Assembly: GCF_963921235.1 (NCBI RefSeq)
Contig: NC_086108.1
Span: forward strand, 84,694,001-84,758,000
DNA: 64,000 nucleotides
Direction of reading: 5' to 3'
DNA from: Mobula hypostoma
Taxonomy: Eukaryota
In this document: piece by piece, positions 1-12,368 of the stretch
How positions within the stretch are numbered: position 1 is the first letter of the stretch
How the letters are laid out: every line of letters starts with the position of its first letter
Program-made: the position numbers and the translations under genes
The notes under the pieces: model-generated
The model's database searches: none
The model's input: only the letters and a program-made list of their open reading frames with translations
Told to the model about the DNA's origin: nothing

Positions 1-1702
1 GGATAGCCTTGGATAACTAAGGAAATAAAACGTAGCAAACTAAAAGCTCGTGCATACAAAGTTGCTAAGAGTAATGGGAAACTGGAAGATTGGGAAAACT
101 TTAAAAAGCAGCAAAGGACCATTAAGCGTGACAGATTATGAAAATAAACTACCACTTGTGGGCCTGAAAATAGACAAGTCCCCTGGTCCTGATGGAATGC
201 ATCCCAGGGCACTGAAAGAATTGGCAGAAGTTAAAGTAGAGGCTTTGGTGATAATTTACCAAAATTCTCTGGACTCTGAAAAGGTCCCGGCAGATTGGAA
301 GACAGCGAATGCCACGCCACTGTTCAAAAAAAGGATTTAGGCAAAAGGCAGGTAACTATTGACCAGTTAGTTTAACATCTGTAGTTGGGAAAATGCTTGA
401 AGCTATCAATAACGAAGAAACAGCGAGACATCTGGAAAGAAATGGATCCATTAGGCAGACACAACATGGATTCAGCAGAGGCAGGCCCTTTTTAACAAAC
501 TTACTGGAGCTCTTTGCGGATATAATGAGCATACTGGATAGAAGGGAACAGATGGACCTTATTTACTTGGATTTCCAGAAGGCGTTCAATAAGGTGCTGC
601 ATAAAAGACTTATCCATAAGATAAAGATGCAAAGAGTTGGGGGTGATGTATTAACATGGAAAGAGGATTGGTTAACTAATAGAAAGCAGAGAGTTGGGAT
701 ACATGGGTGTTACTCTGATTGGCAATCAGTGGTGAGCGGTGTGCCACAGGGGTCAGTTCTGGGCCCACAACTGTTCAGGATATACACTAACAATCTGGAA
801 GAGGGGATCGAGTGTAGTGTATCTAAATTTGCTGATGATATTAAATTCAGTGGAAAAGCAAATTGTGCAGAAGATATGGAGAGTTTGCAGAGAGATATAG
901 ATAGGTTAACTGAGTGGGCAAAGGTCTGGGAGATGGTGTACAATTTTGGTAAAGGCAAGGTCATTCACTTTGGAAGGGAAAATGAAAGAGCAGATTATTA
1001 TTTAAAATGGTAAAAAATTGCAGCATGCTGCTCTGCAGAGGGACTTGGAAGTGCCTCTGCATGAATCACGGAAGGTTGGATTGAAGGTGTAGCAAGCTAT
1101 CAAGAAGGCAAACAGAATGTTGGCATTTATTGCTAGAGGGATTGAATTTAAGATCAGAAAGGTTATGTTGCAACTGTACAGGATACTGGTAAGATTGCAC
1201 TTGCAGTACTGCGTGCAGTTCTGGTCTCCTTACTTGAAGTATATACTGGCTTTGGAGGCTGTGCAGAGGTGGTTCACCAGGTTGATTCCAGAGATGAGGG
1301 AATTAGAATGTGAGGAGAGACTAAGTCACCTGGGACTGTACTTGCTGGAATTCAGAAGAATGAAAGGGGTAGATGAGATAGAGGCAGGAAAGTTGTTTCC
1401 AGTAATAGGTGAGAGTAGAACTAGGGGACATAGCTCAAGATTCGGGGAGAAGATTTAGGACGGAGATGAGGAGGAATTGCTTTTCCCAGAGTGGTGAATC
1501 TGTAGAATTCTCCATGCAATGAAGCAGTGGAGACTACCTCAGTGAACATATTTAAGACAAAGTTGGATAGATTTTTGCACAATGGGAAAATTAAGGGTTA
1601 TGGGGAAAAGGCAGGTAGGTGGAGACGAGTCCATGGCCAGATCAGCCATGATCTTATTGAATGGTGGAATAGGCTCGACAGGCTTGCTATTTCTTATGTT
1701 CT
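1..1702 (+). mobile_element. CR1/L3 LINE, 3' part (RT region), decayed; runs off the window's left edge
   Basis: ORF fragments carry KSPGPDG, YLDFQKAF, SGVPQGSVLGP, KFADD and YCVQFWSPY; CR1-type 3' end ...TTCTTATGTTCT. Confidence 0.9.
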
Positions 1703-1903
1703 AAAGGCATCAGGGCAGCTTGAGGGAAAGAGCCATAGTTTTGTCTGTGACTGCAGCAAGACTTGTTCGATAGTATAAGCTGCATGTCCATAAATTCAGA
1801 CAGCTACAATTGTAGGCATCGTTGAAACAGTTCAGTGCAAAATGGGGACTTGATCTGGCTCAATATTCAGAAAGAAAGGTTTTATCCTACAGTTCTTGAG
1901 AAT

Positions 1904-2107
1904 AGCAACGCACATCAAAGTTGCTGGTGAACGCAGCAGGCCAGGCAGCATCTGTAGGAAGAGGTGCAGTTGACGAAGGGTCTCGGCCTGAAACGTCGAC
2001 TGCACCTTTTCCTACATATGCTGCCTGGCCTGCTGCGTTCACCAGCAACTTTGATGTGTGTTGCTTGAATTTCCAGCATCTGCAGAATTCCTGTTGTTTG
2101 CGTTTTA
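1904..2107 (+). mobile_element. Fold-back Penelope-like (pLTR-derived) insertion with hammerhead motif at the loop
   Basis: ~65 bp inverted arms around TGACGAAGGGTCTCGGCCTGAAACGTC; 13 bp TSD AGTTCTTGAGAAT at 1891-1903 and 2108-2120. Confidence 0.8.
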
Positions 2108-2495
2108 AGTTCTTGAGAATTAATTCTTTAGTCACTTTTCTGACCACCTGATCAGTACATTGGCATGCCCCTGCACTCTATAGTTTTATTTCTCTCAAAC
2201 CAATTGTCCAATTTTTAAAATCAAATTCAAACTTTCTAATCAAGGTTCCTAAAAATAAATTTTAATATCAAGCATACTAAAATCACAACCATTGTTCTTA
2301 GCTTGATTGTCAGAATCCCAGCTTTGCTCATTGCCTAAGGATACATCTTATCAGGATCTGGATGTTCTTATAGCTCGAGTACACAGACATCATCACACCT
2401 AGTATGTAGTACAAAATGGCACTCTGAACAAGACAAAACAACATGCCCCAGAAAATACAATGTAATCAAAAATCTGTGAATTATAAATTCCTCAC

Positions 2496-2610
2496 CTCAT
2501 CATATAGTGTACCATTGACATCTGCACCATAAATTGGTGGGTTGAATGTGAGATTTTTCCAATACTTCCGCTCGAGATCATCAAAGTCCGTATATCGAGG
2601 AGTGCAGTAT
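2496..2610 (-). CDS. KDM4A: KDM4A third coding exon (115 nt)
   Basis: (K)[38 protein letters not shown]; tttttcAG acceptor, GTgag donor; phase matches the previous exon. Confidence 0.95.
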
Positions 2611-2939
2611 CTGAAAAAAGATAAACAATGAATAAGGGTACAATTCTAACCAGAAATTCAATTCTGTTTTAAAATGAACCAAACTATACTTTACCAGCTA
2701 GACTGCAGAACAGTACAGCACAATCTGAATATTTTTAAAACTTTGCTGTGCTGGCAGGTCCAAACAAGTTCTCTCTGCTCTCATATTTTAACTTTCATTC
2801 CCATATTAAGAAACACCAGAAGCAATACAACCACAGAATATCAGCAAGGGATCTAATACTAGCATCCAAATCAAATTTCAAGTTGTGAGACATTCTCCTG
2901 CCAACTTTTTCACCCAGTTCCCTTTTGCAGACTACAATC

Positions 2940-3240
2940 ACAGAGACACACCGAACAGACTCTTAAGCCACTAAGTCTGGACTCATCAAGAATCACCCAT
3001 CAATAATTAATCTTTTAATTTATTCTTCTCAAATTCTATCCTCCACCTATATACCAGGAGAAATTTACAATATTTAATTAACCTATCAATGTACAGATTT
3101 AGGATGAGGAAAAGAACCACAGTACTCGGAAATTCCTACAATCACAGAGAGAATTTATAAATGCCATACAGACAGTGCCCAAGGTCCGGAATGAATCCAA
3201 GACTCTGATGCTGAGGCAGCAGCCCTACCAGCTGTGCGTT
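2940..3240 (-). mobile_element. Old tRNA-derived SINE-like remnant
   Basis: Degenerate similarity to the copy at 30040-30236 (tRNA-like head, ...gtctgtatgg...); boundaries approximate. Confidence 0.4.
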
Positions 3241-3579
3241 CTACTCTTACATTAGTGAAGTAAACTACATGTCTTTCATCTCTTTACCTCATATTCTTGA
3301 TTTCTGACTCCACCTCTTTCCCCCTTCTATTATACAATTTTAGAATCAGAAGCCTAAAAAGCCTGACTGGCATGGATAATGATGCAATTCAGGACCACTG
3401 AACCAGGACTCAAAATAGGCTCATTTGAAAATCGAAATTACAATACCTGAAACCTGAAATTAACACAGAAAATGCTAGAAACATTTGGCCAGGGAATATC
3501 TAAGTTATGAGGAACAAAGTTAATGCTTCATGCTGGAAAGAAAGGGTCTTTGGCCAAAAACAGCAACTGCTTCTCTTTC

Positions 3580-5510
3580 CACAAGATCACAAGACAAAGG
3601 AGCAGAAGTAGGCCATTCGGCCCATCGAGTCTGCTCCACCACTCCACCATGAGCTAAACTATTCTCCCATCTAGTTCCAATTTCCGGCTTTTTCCCCATA
3701 TCCCTTGACACCCTGACTGATTAGATACCTATCAATCTCCTCCTTAAACACACTCAAGGATCGGGCCTCCACAGCTGTGGCAACGAATTCCATAAATCCA
3801 CGACCCTCTGGCTAAAAAAATTTCTCCTCACCTCTGTTTTAAATGGGTACTCTCTAATTCTAAGAGTTTGGCCTCTTGTCCTGGACTTACCCACCAAGGG
3901 AAACAGTCTTTCCACATCTACTCCGTCCAACCCTTTCAACATTCAAAATGTTTCTATGAGATCCCCTCTCATTGTTCTATACTCTAATGAATACAGTCCA
4001 AGAGCTGACAAACACTCCTCATATGTTAGCCCCTGCATTCCAGGAATCATCCTCGTAAATCTTCTCTGAACTCTCTCCAACATCAGAACATCCCTTTAAG
4101 ATAGGGGGCCCAAAACTGCACACAGTATTCCCAATGAGGTCTCACCAGTGCCCCACAGAGCCTCATCAACACCTCCTTACTCTGATAGACTATTCCTCTT
4201 GAAATGAATGCCAATATAGCATTTGCTTTCCTTACTGCTGATCCAACCTGGTGGTTAACCTTTAGGGTACCCTGCACGAGGACCCCCAAGTCCCTTTGCA
4301 CTTACGATTTTTGAATTTTCTCCCCATCTAAATAATAATCTGCCCAATTATTTCTTCTTCCAAAATGTATAACCATACATTTCTCAACATTGTATCTCAT
4401 CTGCCATTTCTTTGCCCACTCTCCTAAACTGAGTCTCTTTGCAACCTTTCCGTTTTTTTCAACATTTCCTGCTCCTCCACCTATCTTGGTGTCATCCGCA
4501 AACTTAGCCACAAAACCATTTAATCCATAATCTAAATCATCGACATACACTGTAAAAAGAAGTGGCCCCAACATCAACCCGTGCAGAACACCACTAGTAA
4601 CCAGCAACCAATCAGAATAGGATCCCTTTATTCCCACCCTTTGCTTTCTGCTTATCAGCCAATGCTCCACCCATACCAATATCTTTCCTGTAATTCCATG
4701 GGCTCTCATCTTATTAAGGAGCCCCTTATGCAGCATCTTATCGAAGGCCTTTTGAAAATCCAAATACACAACATTCACAGCCTCTCCCTTATCAATCTTA
4801 TTTGAGATTACCTCCAAAAATTCCAATAGGTTGATGAGGCAGGATCTTCCCTTCAGGAAACCATGCTGGCTTGGGCCTATCCTGTCACGCACCTCGAGGT
4901 ATTTCATAACCTCGTCCTTGAGGATCTACTCCAATAACTTTCCAACTACCGATGTCAGACTGATAGGTCTGTAATTTTCTTTTTGCTGCCTCTCTCCTTT
5001 CTTAAACTACATTTGCGATCTTCCAGTCCTCCGGAACCATGCCAGAGTCTATTGATTCCTGGAAGATCATTTCCAATGCCTCCACAATCTCCAAAGCCAC
5101 CTCCTTCAGAACTCGTGGGTGCACCTCATCCGGTCAGGGAGACTTATCTATTCCTAGCCCATTTAGCTTCCCAAGCACTTTCTCTCTAGCAATCTTGACT
5201 GTACCTAATTCTATTCCCTGAGACTTCTGGCTATCAAGTATGTTGCTAATATCTTCCACTGTGAAGACTGATGCAAAATACTCATTTAGTTCCTCTGCCA
5301 TCTCTTTGTTACCCATTATAATTTCTCCAGCATCATTTTCAATCGATCCTATATCAATCCGTGTCACTCTTTTACTCTTCATATATTTAAAAAAGCTCTT
5401 AGTATCCTTTTTAATGTTAATTGCCAACTTCCTTTCATAATTCATCTTTTCTTTCTAATGACCTTCTTAGTTTCCTTCTGTAAGTTTTTAAAAGTCGTCC
5501 AGTCCTCAGT
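3580..5510 (-). mobile_element. CR1/L3 LINE 3' fragment (RT)
   Basis: QHGFLKGRSCL, YLDFQKAFDK, KFADDTK, YCVQFWAPY; short tandem tail at 3580-3596. Confidence 0.9.
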
Positions 5511-5668
5511 TTGAGTGTCCTCAAACTATTCCATAGATTAGTCTGAGCATACAACAATAAAACAAAATCATGGGTCAAACTTTCCTCATTGTGAAGAGAT
5601 CTTCACTCATTCTTGTTGTGTTAACTCCACTGGCTTGATCCTCAGCATTTAATTTAACTAATGATATA

Positions 5669-7737
5669 CAGTGCAGACATCCCACCTCTCTCGGAAGTTC
5701 CGGAAGTCTCCCGCATATTAATAGTGGCTCCCTGATGCCCGCAAATTATATACAATGTCCCGGAAATCAATTTTTGAGAGAGAGAACAAGAAAGCGCGCC
5801 ATGGCAGAGTGTTCCAAAAAAAGAAAATATAAAACATACATCACCCCAGACTACACTAAAGTGTACCCCTGCCTAATAGGGGTCAAAAATAATGACAGTG
5901 TTGCTCGCTGCACTGTTTGCAACAGTGACTTTTCTATTGCCCATGGTGGGTTAAGACTGTAAAAATCATGTTGAGGTGAGTTTAACAGGTGTCATTTGTT
6001 CATTAGCATAGTTAACATTATTTAAACTAGCTGGCTAGCTGCTAAGGAGCTACTCTATTGCAGACATCCCACCTCTTCGGAAGTTCCGGGAGTCTCCCAC
6101 AAATTGATGGTGCTACCTCCCTGAAAAAAGTTTTTGCAGGGTGGGCTGTCTGTACTAGAAAATTTGTAGAACTTTCTACAGGGTTCACATTTCTGCATAA
6201 ATATCACCGAAAATATGATCAGATCTTCAATCAAGTCATAAAGCTAGATAAAGAGAACCCCATTAAACAAGTAACACAAAAACATCATAGTTTTCATTTA
6301 TATTTATTTATTGAGAAAAATGACCCAATATTACATGTATTTGTTGAAAAAGTATGTGAACCTTTGCTCTCAGTTACTGGTGTGACCTGCATCTGTACAG
6401 CAATAACTTCCACCTCACATTTCCGGTAACTGTTTATCAGTTCTGCACATTGGCTTGGAGGAATTTTAGGCCATTCCTCCTTACAAAACTGCTTTAACTC
6501 TGGGATGTTTGTAGGCTTCCTTGCATGACCTGCTTGCCTCAGGTCCTTCCACAACATTTCTATAGGATTACGGTCAGGTCTTTGAAAATGTGAAATTACT
6601 TCTGCTTAACCATTCTTTGGTAGAATGACTTGTGTTTAGGGTCATTGTCTTGCTGCATGACCCACTTTCTCTTGAGCTTCAGCTCAGAGAGAGATACCCT
6701 GACATATTCCTGTAGAATTTGATGGTAGAATTCAGAATTCATAGTTCTGTCAATGAAGGCAAACCATCCTGTTTCCTGAGGCAGCAAAGCAGGCCCAAAC
6801 CATGACAATGCCAGAACCATGTTTCACAAATGGGGTTAGGTTCATATTCTGGAATGCAGTATTTGCTTTTCACTAAACAAACCGCTTCTCAATTTAGCCA
6901 AAAAGTTCTATTTTGGACTCATCTGTCCACAGAACATTCTTCCAATAGCTTTCTGGCTTATCCACGTAGTCTTTAGGCAGCAACGTTCTTCTTGGAGAGT
7001 AGTGGCTTTCTCCTTGCAAACCTGCCATGCACACCATTGTTGTTCAGTGTTTGCCTGATAGTGGACTTATGAACACTGATATTAGCCAATGTGAGAGAGC
7101 CTGTAGCTCCTTAGTTGTTACCCTCGGGTTCTTTGTGACCTCCTGGAATACTACATGCCTTGCTCTTGGTGTAATTTTTGTTGGTCAACCACGCCTAGGG
7201 AGAGTAACAACAATGTTGAATTGCCTCTGATTGTACACCATCTGTCTCTGACTGTGGATTGGTGCAGCCAAAACTCTTTAGGAATGGTTTTGTATCCTTT
7301 TCCAGCCTGGTGAGCATCAACCACTGTTTTTTTTTCCTGAGGTCCTCAGAAATCTCATTTGATAGAGGCATGGTGCACTTCCAAAAACCTGAGCAGTGAA
7401 GAAATCAGACTTTGGAAGGAAAGACCCAGTTTTATGCTCTTCAAACAGGGCAGGGCCTCCCACACTCATACCTGATTGTCATCTCATTGATTGATACACC
7501 TGACTCTAATATCCCCTTTAAATGAACTGATAATCCAAGCAGTTCATATACTTTTTCCAACAAATGCATGTAATATTGGATCATTTTTCCAAATAAATAA
7601 ATGAATTATGTCTGTGTGTTATTTATTGAATTGGGTTCTCTTTACCTAGATTTGGGAAGATCTGATCACATTTTAGGTCACATTTATGTAGATATAGAAA
7701 ACAATTCTAAAGGGTTCACAAATTTTCTAGCACACTG
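5669..7737 (-). mobile_element. Tc1/mariner DNA transposon, decayed; left TIR interrupted
   Basis: TA TSD; ends CAGTG[insertion]TACTAGAAAATTTGT ... ACAAATTTTCTAGCACACTG; transposase pieces MQQDNDPKH and LKQFCKEEW on the minus strand. Confidence 0.85.
5674..6152 (+). mobile_element. Non-autonomous TIR element with a BED-finger transposase stub (hAT-like), inserted in the Tc1 TIR
   Basis: TIRs CAGACATCCCACC / GGTGGGCTGTCTG; ORF 5735-5962 has ARCTVCNSDFSIAHGG; left end repeated directly at 6061. Confidence 0.65.
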
Positions 7738-8749
7738 TAAGTGACTGTAAATGTTGGAAGAATTCAGCGGGAAGGAATAGATGCAGAATGAATACAAGAA
7801 AGATCAACCAAACCTTTCCCTCCACAGATGGTGCTTGCCCTGCTGATTTCTTCCAGCAGTTTACTTTTTCCACTTGATTCAACTGATGTTGCATCAACTT
7901 TAATAAGGTATACAGTAGCAAGTTCGAGAAGTTTGTGAATGGGGGAGATCAAAAATATTTTTAAATACAACTACTACCTCTCTAAGCATAGCAATGTTTT
8001 CAAATATAATTATACTTTGAGTTTCAATAAGTTTTTTGAAAAGGTGCTACTTAAATCTTTTTTCTACTCTTGAATGCCCACAGCTTGGATGCAAAGATAT
8101 TTTTATTCTGGTGTCAGATAAGCAAATATGTTTTAGTTGTCAAATTATACCTCATGATTCTGATTATGTAAGCTTTTCAAAAAACCAGATACTCATGATA
8201 TACTTACAGACATGAACAGATATTTATCCCTCGGGTTCAAATGGTACTACCAGATAGAAAGTTGCATTCTCTAAAGCTTTTTGCTACATTAATAAGGATA
8301 AGGAGTGAATAGGGATCTTTAAGATGATGAACTAGTTTCACAGGTGGATAAAGAACATGTCGCTTCTTGCAAAGCAGCTGAAAACCAAGGACCATAAATA
8401 AGATGCTCTTAAAATTCAGTCAAAATGTTACCCAGAATTTGGCAGAACATGGAATTCACTGCAATGAATTTAATGCAAAGATACATATTAAAAGGGAAAT
8501 TCAATAAGTAATAGGTATATTAGGCAAGAAAGCAACAGCAGAACTTTTTGATTAATGCACCTTGCTGCAAGTTCTATGCAACTGATATCCGTGTTAAATA
8601 TCAAAGAACAAAAAGAAAATGTACTATTAGAAGCAACTACAGAAATGGAGCAGAATTTCAAAAACATTGCAAGTGTTTTAGATCACGTTTTCGATTTCCA
8701 GTTTTATCAGTCTATTATACTAAAGGATGATACAGAGAGGCTCTCTTAC

Positions 8750-8925
8750 TTGTCGCTGTTAGCTATTTTTCGGAATTCCCGCACAGTGATTGGCTTCTTC
8801 TGAATATTGTACTGTGTGAAGAGGCCTGACTGGCCTGTTACCACCTGTTGAATAGGTGATGGAATTACCAGATCATCAATGTCGTCATAGCTACTACAAG
8901 GCTTCCATTCTTTTGGTGGGACAAC
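8750..8925 (-). CDS. KDM4A: KDM4A second coding exon (176 nt)
   Basis: [58 protein letters not shown](K); aacAG acceptor, GTaag donor. Confidence 0.95.
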
Positions 8926-9364
8926 CTGTTAGGAATATGAATAATTAGCAGAGAAAATTCACAGCTCTTAGCTTCACGATGTTTGAAATATTAAAGTACA
9001 TCCTGGTTTTGTGCAGTAAACTGGGTCATGAGCTACAAGATGCTGACTTTACCCAAGTGTTTAAAGTCACTACTATATATATTTATATCCAAATAAACGT
9101 AGGCATAGCTTGTTGAAAGATCAGCCGCAAGCTATAATTTGCTCTACAGAAATCAATGCAGGACTCTAAACCCAATTTCATTAAAGCACATTTACATGAA
9201 TATAGATCTTGTAAATATCCTCACTTCTTTTTGAGACCTCTGTCAGAGTTGACCATGAATATTGCCTCCAAGCTGTCTAGATATGCAAGCCTGGGCAGTA
9301 TGATATAGTGAGCAAACTGTTACCATGTAAGCAAGCTCCCCCTCTCCATGCATCTCATGAACAT

Positions 9365-12100
9365 TAAGACAATAAGACCGTAAGACAAAGGAGCAGAAGT
9401 CGACCATTCAGCCCATCAAGTCTGCTCCGCCAGTTTATCATGAGCTGATCCATTCTCCCAGTTAGTCCCACTCCCCCGCCTTCTCACCATAACCTTTGAT
9501 GACCTGGCTACTCAGATACATATCAATCTCTGCCTTAAATACACCCAATGACTTGACCTCCACTGCCGCCCGTGGCAACAAATTCCACAAATTCACCAGC
9601 CTCTGGCTAAAAAAATTTCTTCGCACTTCTATTCTGAATGGGCACCCTTCAATCCTTAAGTCATGCCCTCTCGTACTAGACTCCCCCATCATGGGAAACA
9701 ACTTTGCCACATCCACTCTGTCCATGCCTTTGAACATTCGAAATGTTTCTATGAGGTCTCCCCTCATTCTTCTAAACTCCAAGGAATACAGTCCAAGAGC
9801 GGACAAACATTCCTCATATGTTAACCCTCTCATTCCTGGAATCGTTCCAGTGAATCTTCTCTGTACCCTCTCCAACGTCAGCACATCCTTCTTAAATAAG
9901 GAGACCAAAACTGCCCACAGTACTCCAAGTGAGATCTTACCAGCGCCTTATAGAGCCTCAACATCACATCCCTGCTCCTGTACTCTATTCCTCTAGAAAT
10001 GAATGCCAACATTGCATTCGCTTTCTTCACCACCGACTCAACCTGGAGGTTAACCTTAAGGGTATCCTGTACGAGGACTCCCAAGTCCCGTTGCATCTCA
10101 GAACTTTGAATTCTCTCCCTATTTAAATAATAGCCTGGTCGTTTATTTCTTCTGCCAAACACTTTCCAACATTGTATTTCATTTGCCACTTCTTTGCCCA
10201 TTCTTCCAATCTATCCAAGTCTCTCTGCAGACTCTCTGATTCCTCAGCACTACCGGCCCCTCCACCTATCTTCGTATCGTCAGCAAACTTAGCCACAAAG
10301 CCATCTGTTCCATAATCCAAATCATTGATGTACAATGTAAAAAGAAGCGGCCCCAATATTGACCCCTGTGGAACACCACTGGTAACCGGCAGCCAACCAG
10401 AATAGGATCCCTTTATTCCCACTCTCTGTTTCCTGCCAATCAGCCAACGCTCTATCCACGTATGTAACTTTCCCGTAGTTCCATGGGCTCTTATCTTGTT
10501 AAGTAGCCTCATGTGTGGCACCTTGTCAAAGGCCTTCTGAAAATCCAAATATACAACATCCACTGCATCTCCTTTGTCTAGCCTACTTGTAATTTCCTCA
10601 AAAAATTGTAAAAGGTTTGTCAGGCAGGATTTTCCTTTAAGAAATCCATGCTGAGTTCTGCCTATCTTGTCATATGCCTCCAGGTACTCTGTAACCTCAT
10701 CCTTGACAATTGACTCCAACAACTTCCCAACCACCGATGTCAAGCTAACAGGTCTATAATTTCCTTATTGCTTCCTCGCCCCCTTCTTAAATAGCAGAGT
10801 GACATTTGCAATCTTCCAGTCCTCCGGAACCATACCAGGATCTATCGACTTTTGAAAGGTCATCGCTAATGCCTCCGCAATCTCCACAGCTACTTCCTTC
10901 AGAACACAAGAGTGCATTCCATCTGGTCCGGGAGATCTATCTGCCTTTAGACTATTCAGCTTCCTGAGCACTTCCTCTGTCGTACTTGTGACTGCGCACA
11001 CTTCTTTTCCCTGCCACCCTTGAGTGTCCGGTATACTGCTGTCTTCCTCAGTGAAGACTGATGCAAAATACTCATTCAGTTCCTCCGCCATCTCCTTATC
11101 TCCCATTACGATTTCTCCAGCATCATTTTCTATCAGTCCTATCTCTACTCTCACCTGTCTTTTACTCTTTACATACTTGAAAAAGCTTTTAGTATCCTCT
11201 CTATTATTTGCTAGCTTCCTTTCATAGTTCATCTTTTCCCTCTTAATGACCTACTTAGTTTCCTTTTGTAAGCTTTTAAAAACTTCCTAATCCTCTGTCT
11301 TCCCACTAATTTTTGCTTCCTTGTATGCCCTCTCCTTTGCTTTAACTTTGGCTTTGACTTCTCGTCAGACCGGTTGCAGCCTTTTTCCATTTGAAAATCT
11401 CTTTTTTGGAATATACCTGTCTTGCACCTTCCTCACTTCTCACATAAACTCCAGCCACTGCTGCTCTGCTGTCCTTCCCGCCAGTGTCCCTTTCCAGTCA
11501 ACTTTGGCCAGTTCCTCTCTCATGCCAATGTAATTTCCTTTACTTCACTGAAATACCGACACATCAGATTTCCGCTTCTCTTTTTCTAATTTCACAGTGA
11601 ACTCAATCATGTTATGATCACTGCCTCCTAAGGGTTCCTTCACCTCAATCTCTCTAATCACCTCCGGTTCATTACACAATCCCCTAGTGGGCTCAACAAC
11701 AAGCTGTTCTAAAAAGCCACCTTGCAGACATTCTACAAATTCTCTCTCGAGATTCAGTGCCGACCTGATTTTCCCAATCCACTCGCATGTTAAAATCCTC
11801 CACAATTATCATAACACTGCCCTTCTGACAAGCCTTTTCTATTTCCTGTTGTAATTTATAGTCCACATCACTGCAGCTGTTTGGAGGCCTATAAATAACT
11901 GCCATCAGGGTCCTTTTACCCCTGCGATTTTTTAGCTCAACCCATAAAGTTTCTGCATCTTCCGATCCTATATCACCTCTTTCTAATGATTTAATATCAT
12001 TTCTTACCAATAAAGCCATGCTTCCCCCTCTGCCTACCTTCCTATCCTTCCGATACACCGTGTATCCTTGGACGTTCAGCTCCCAGAGACATGCATCCTT
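9365..12100 (-). mobile_element. CR1/L3 LINE, endonuclease plus RT, frameshifted
   Basis: EN motifs VYRKDR, IYRPP, SDHNMI; RT motifs YLDFQKAFDKVPH, GVPQGSILGP, KFADDTK; (TAAGAC) tail. Confidence 0.9.
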
Positions 12101-12368
12101 ATGTGTGGGTATCGCCGCAAGGCAGTGGAGGTTTAAGATTAGAATTTTCCTTCTCCTAGATGAGCTGTCAACCATGGCTGATAAGCCCTAACTGCTTAAA
12201 GTGACCGGTCTTAAGGCACCAGTAACCCGCCTTTGCCCCATCTGTCAGTAGGAATGGCAGTCAGGTTTAGTAGCTAAGCCGCACATGAAGGCAAGGAGCT
12301 GGACTTGACTGTCAGAGGATATTTGAGGCACACGCCATTGCGAGCATCTAATAGGTGGTGGGAGTTTA
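12100..12368 (-). mobile_element. Dispersed repeat, probable RTE-type 5' leader fragment
   Basis: Reverse-complement homolog of 30700-30940; the family assignment is inference. Confidence 0.45.

Noticed and set aside
1904..2107. Fold-back repeat as a CRISPR array, pre-miRNA or MITE
   Set aside because: Dispersed rather than arrayed; variable arm lengths, long variable TSDs and an asymmetric end argue for retrotransposition. Small-RNA production cannot be excluded from sequence alone
1887..2151. ORFs repeating MLVNAAGQAAS.../AAWPAAFTSNFDV (also 13385-13675, 50327-50644)
   Set aside because: Translations of the non-coding fold-back repeat; they appear on both strands because it is palindromic
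9496..9996. 166-aa + strand ORF and similar ORFs opposite LINEs
   Set aside because: Antisense shadow frames of CR1/Rex1/L1 coding sequence
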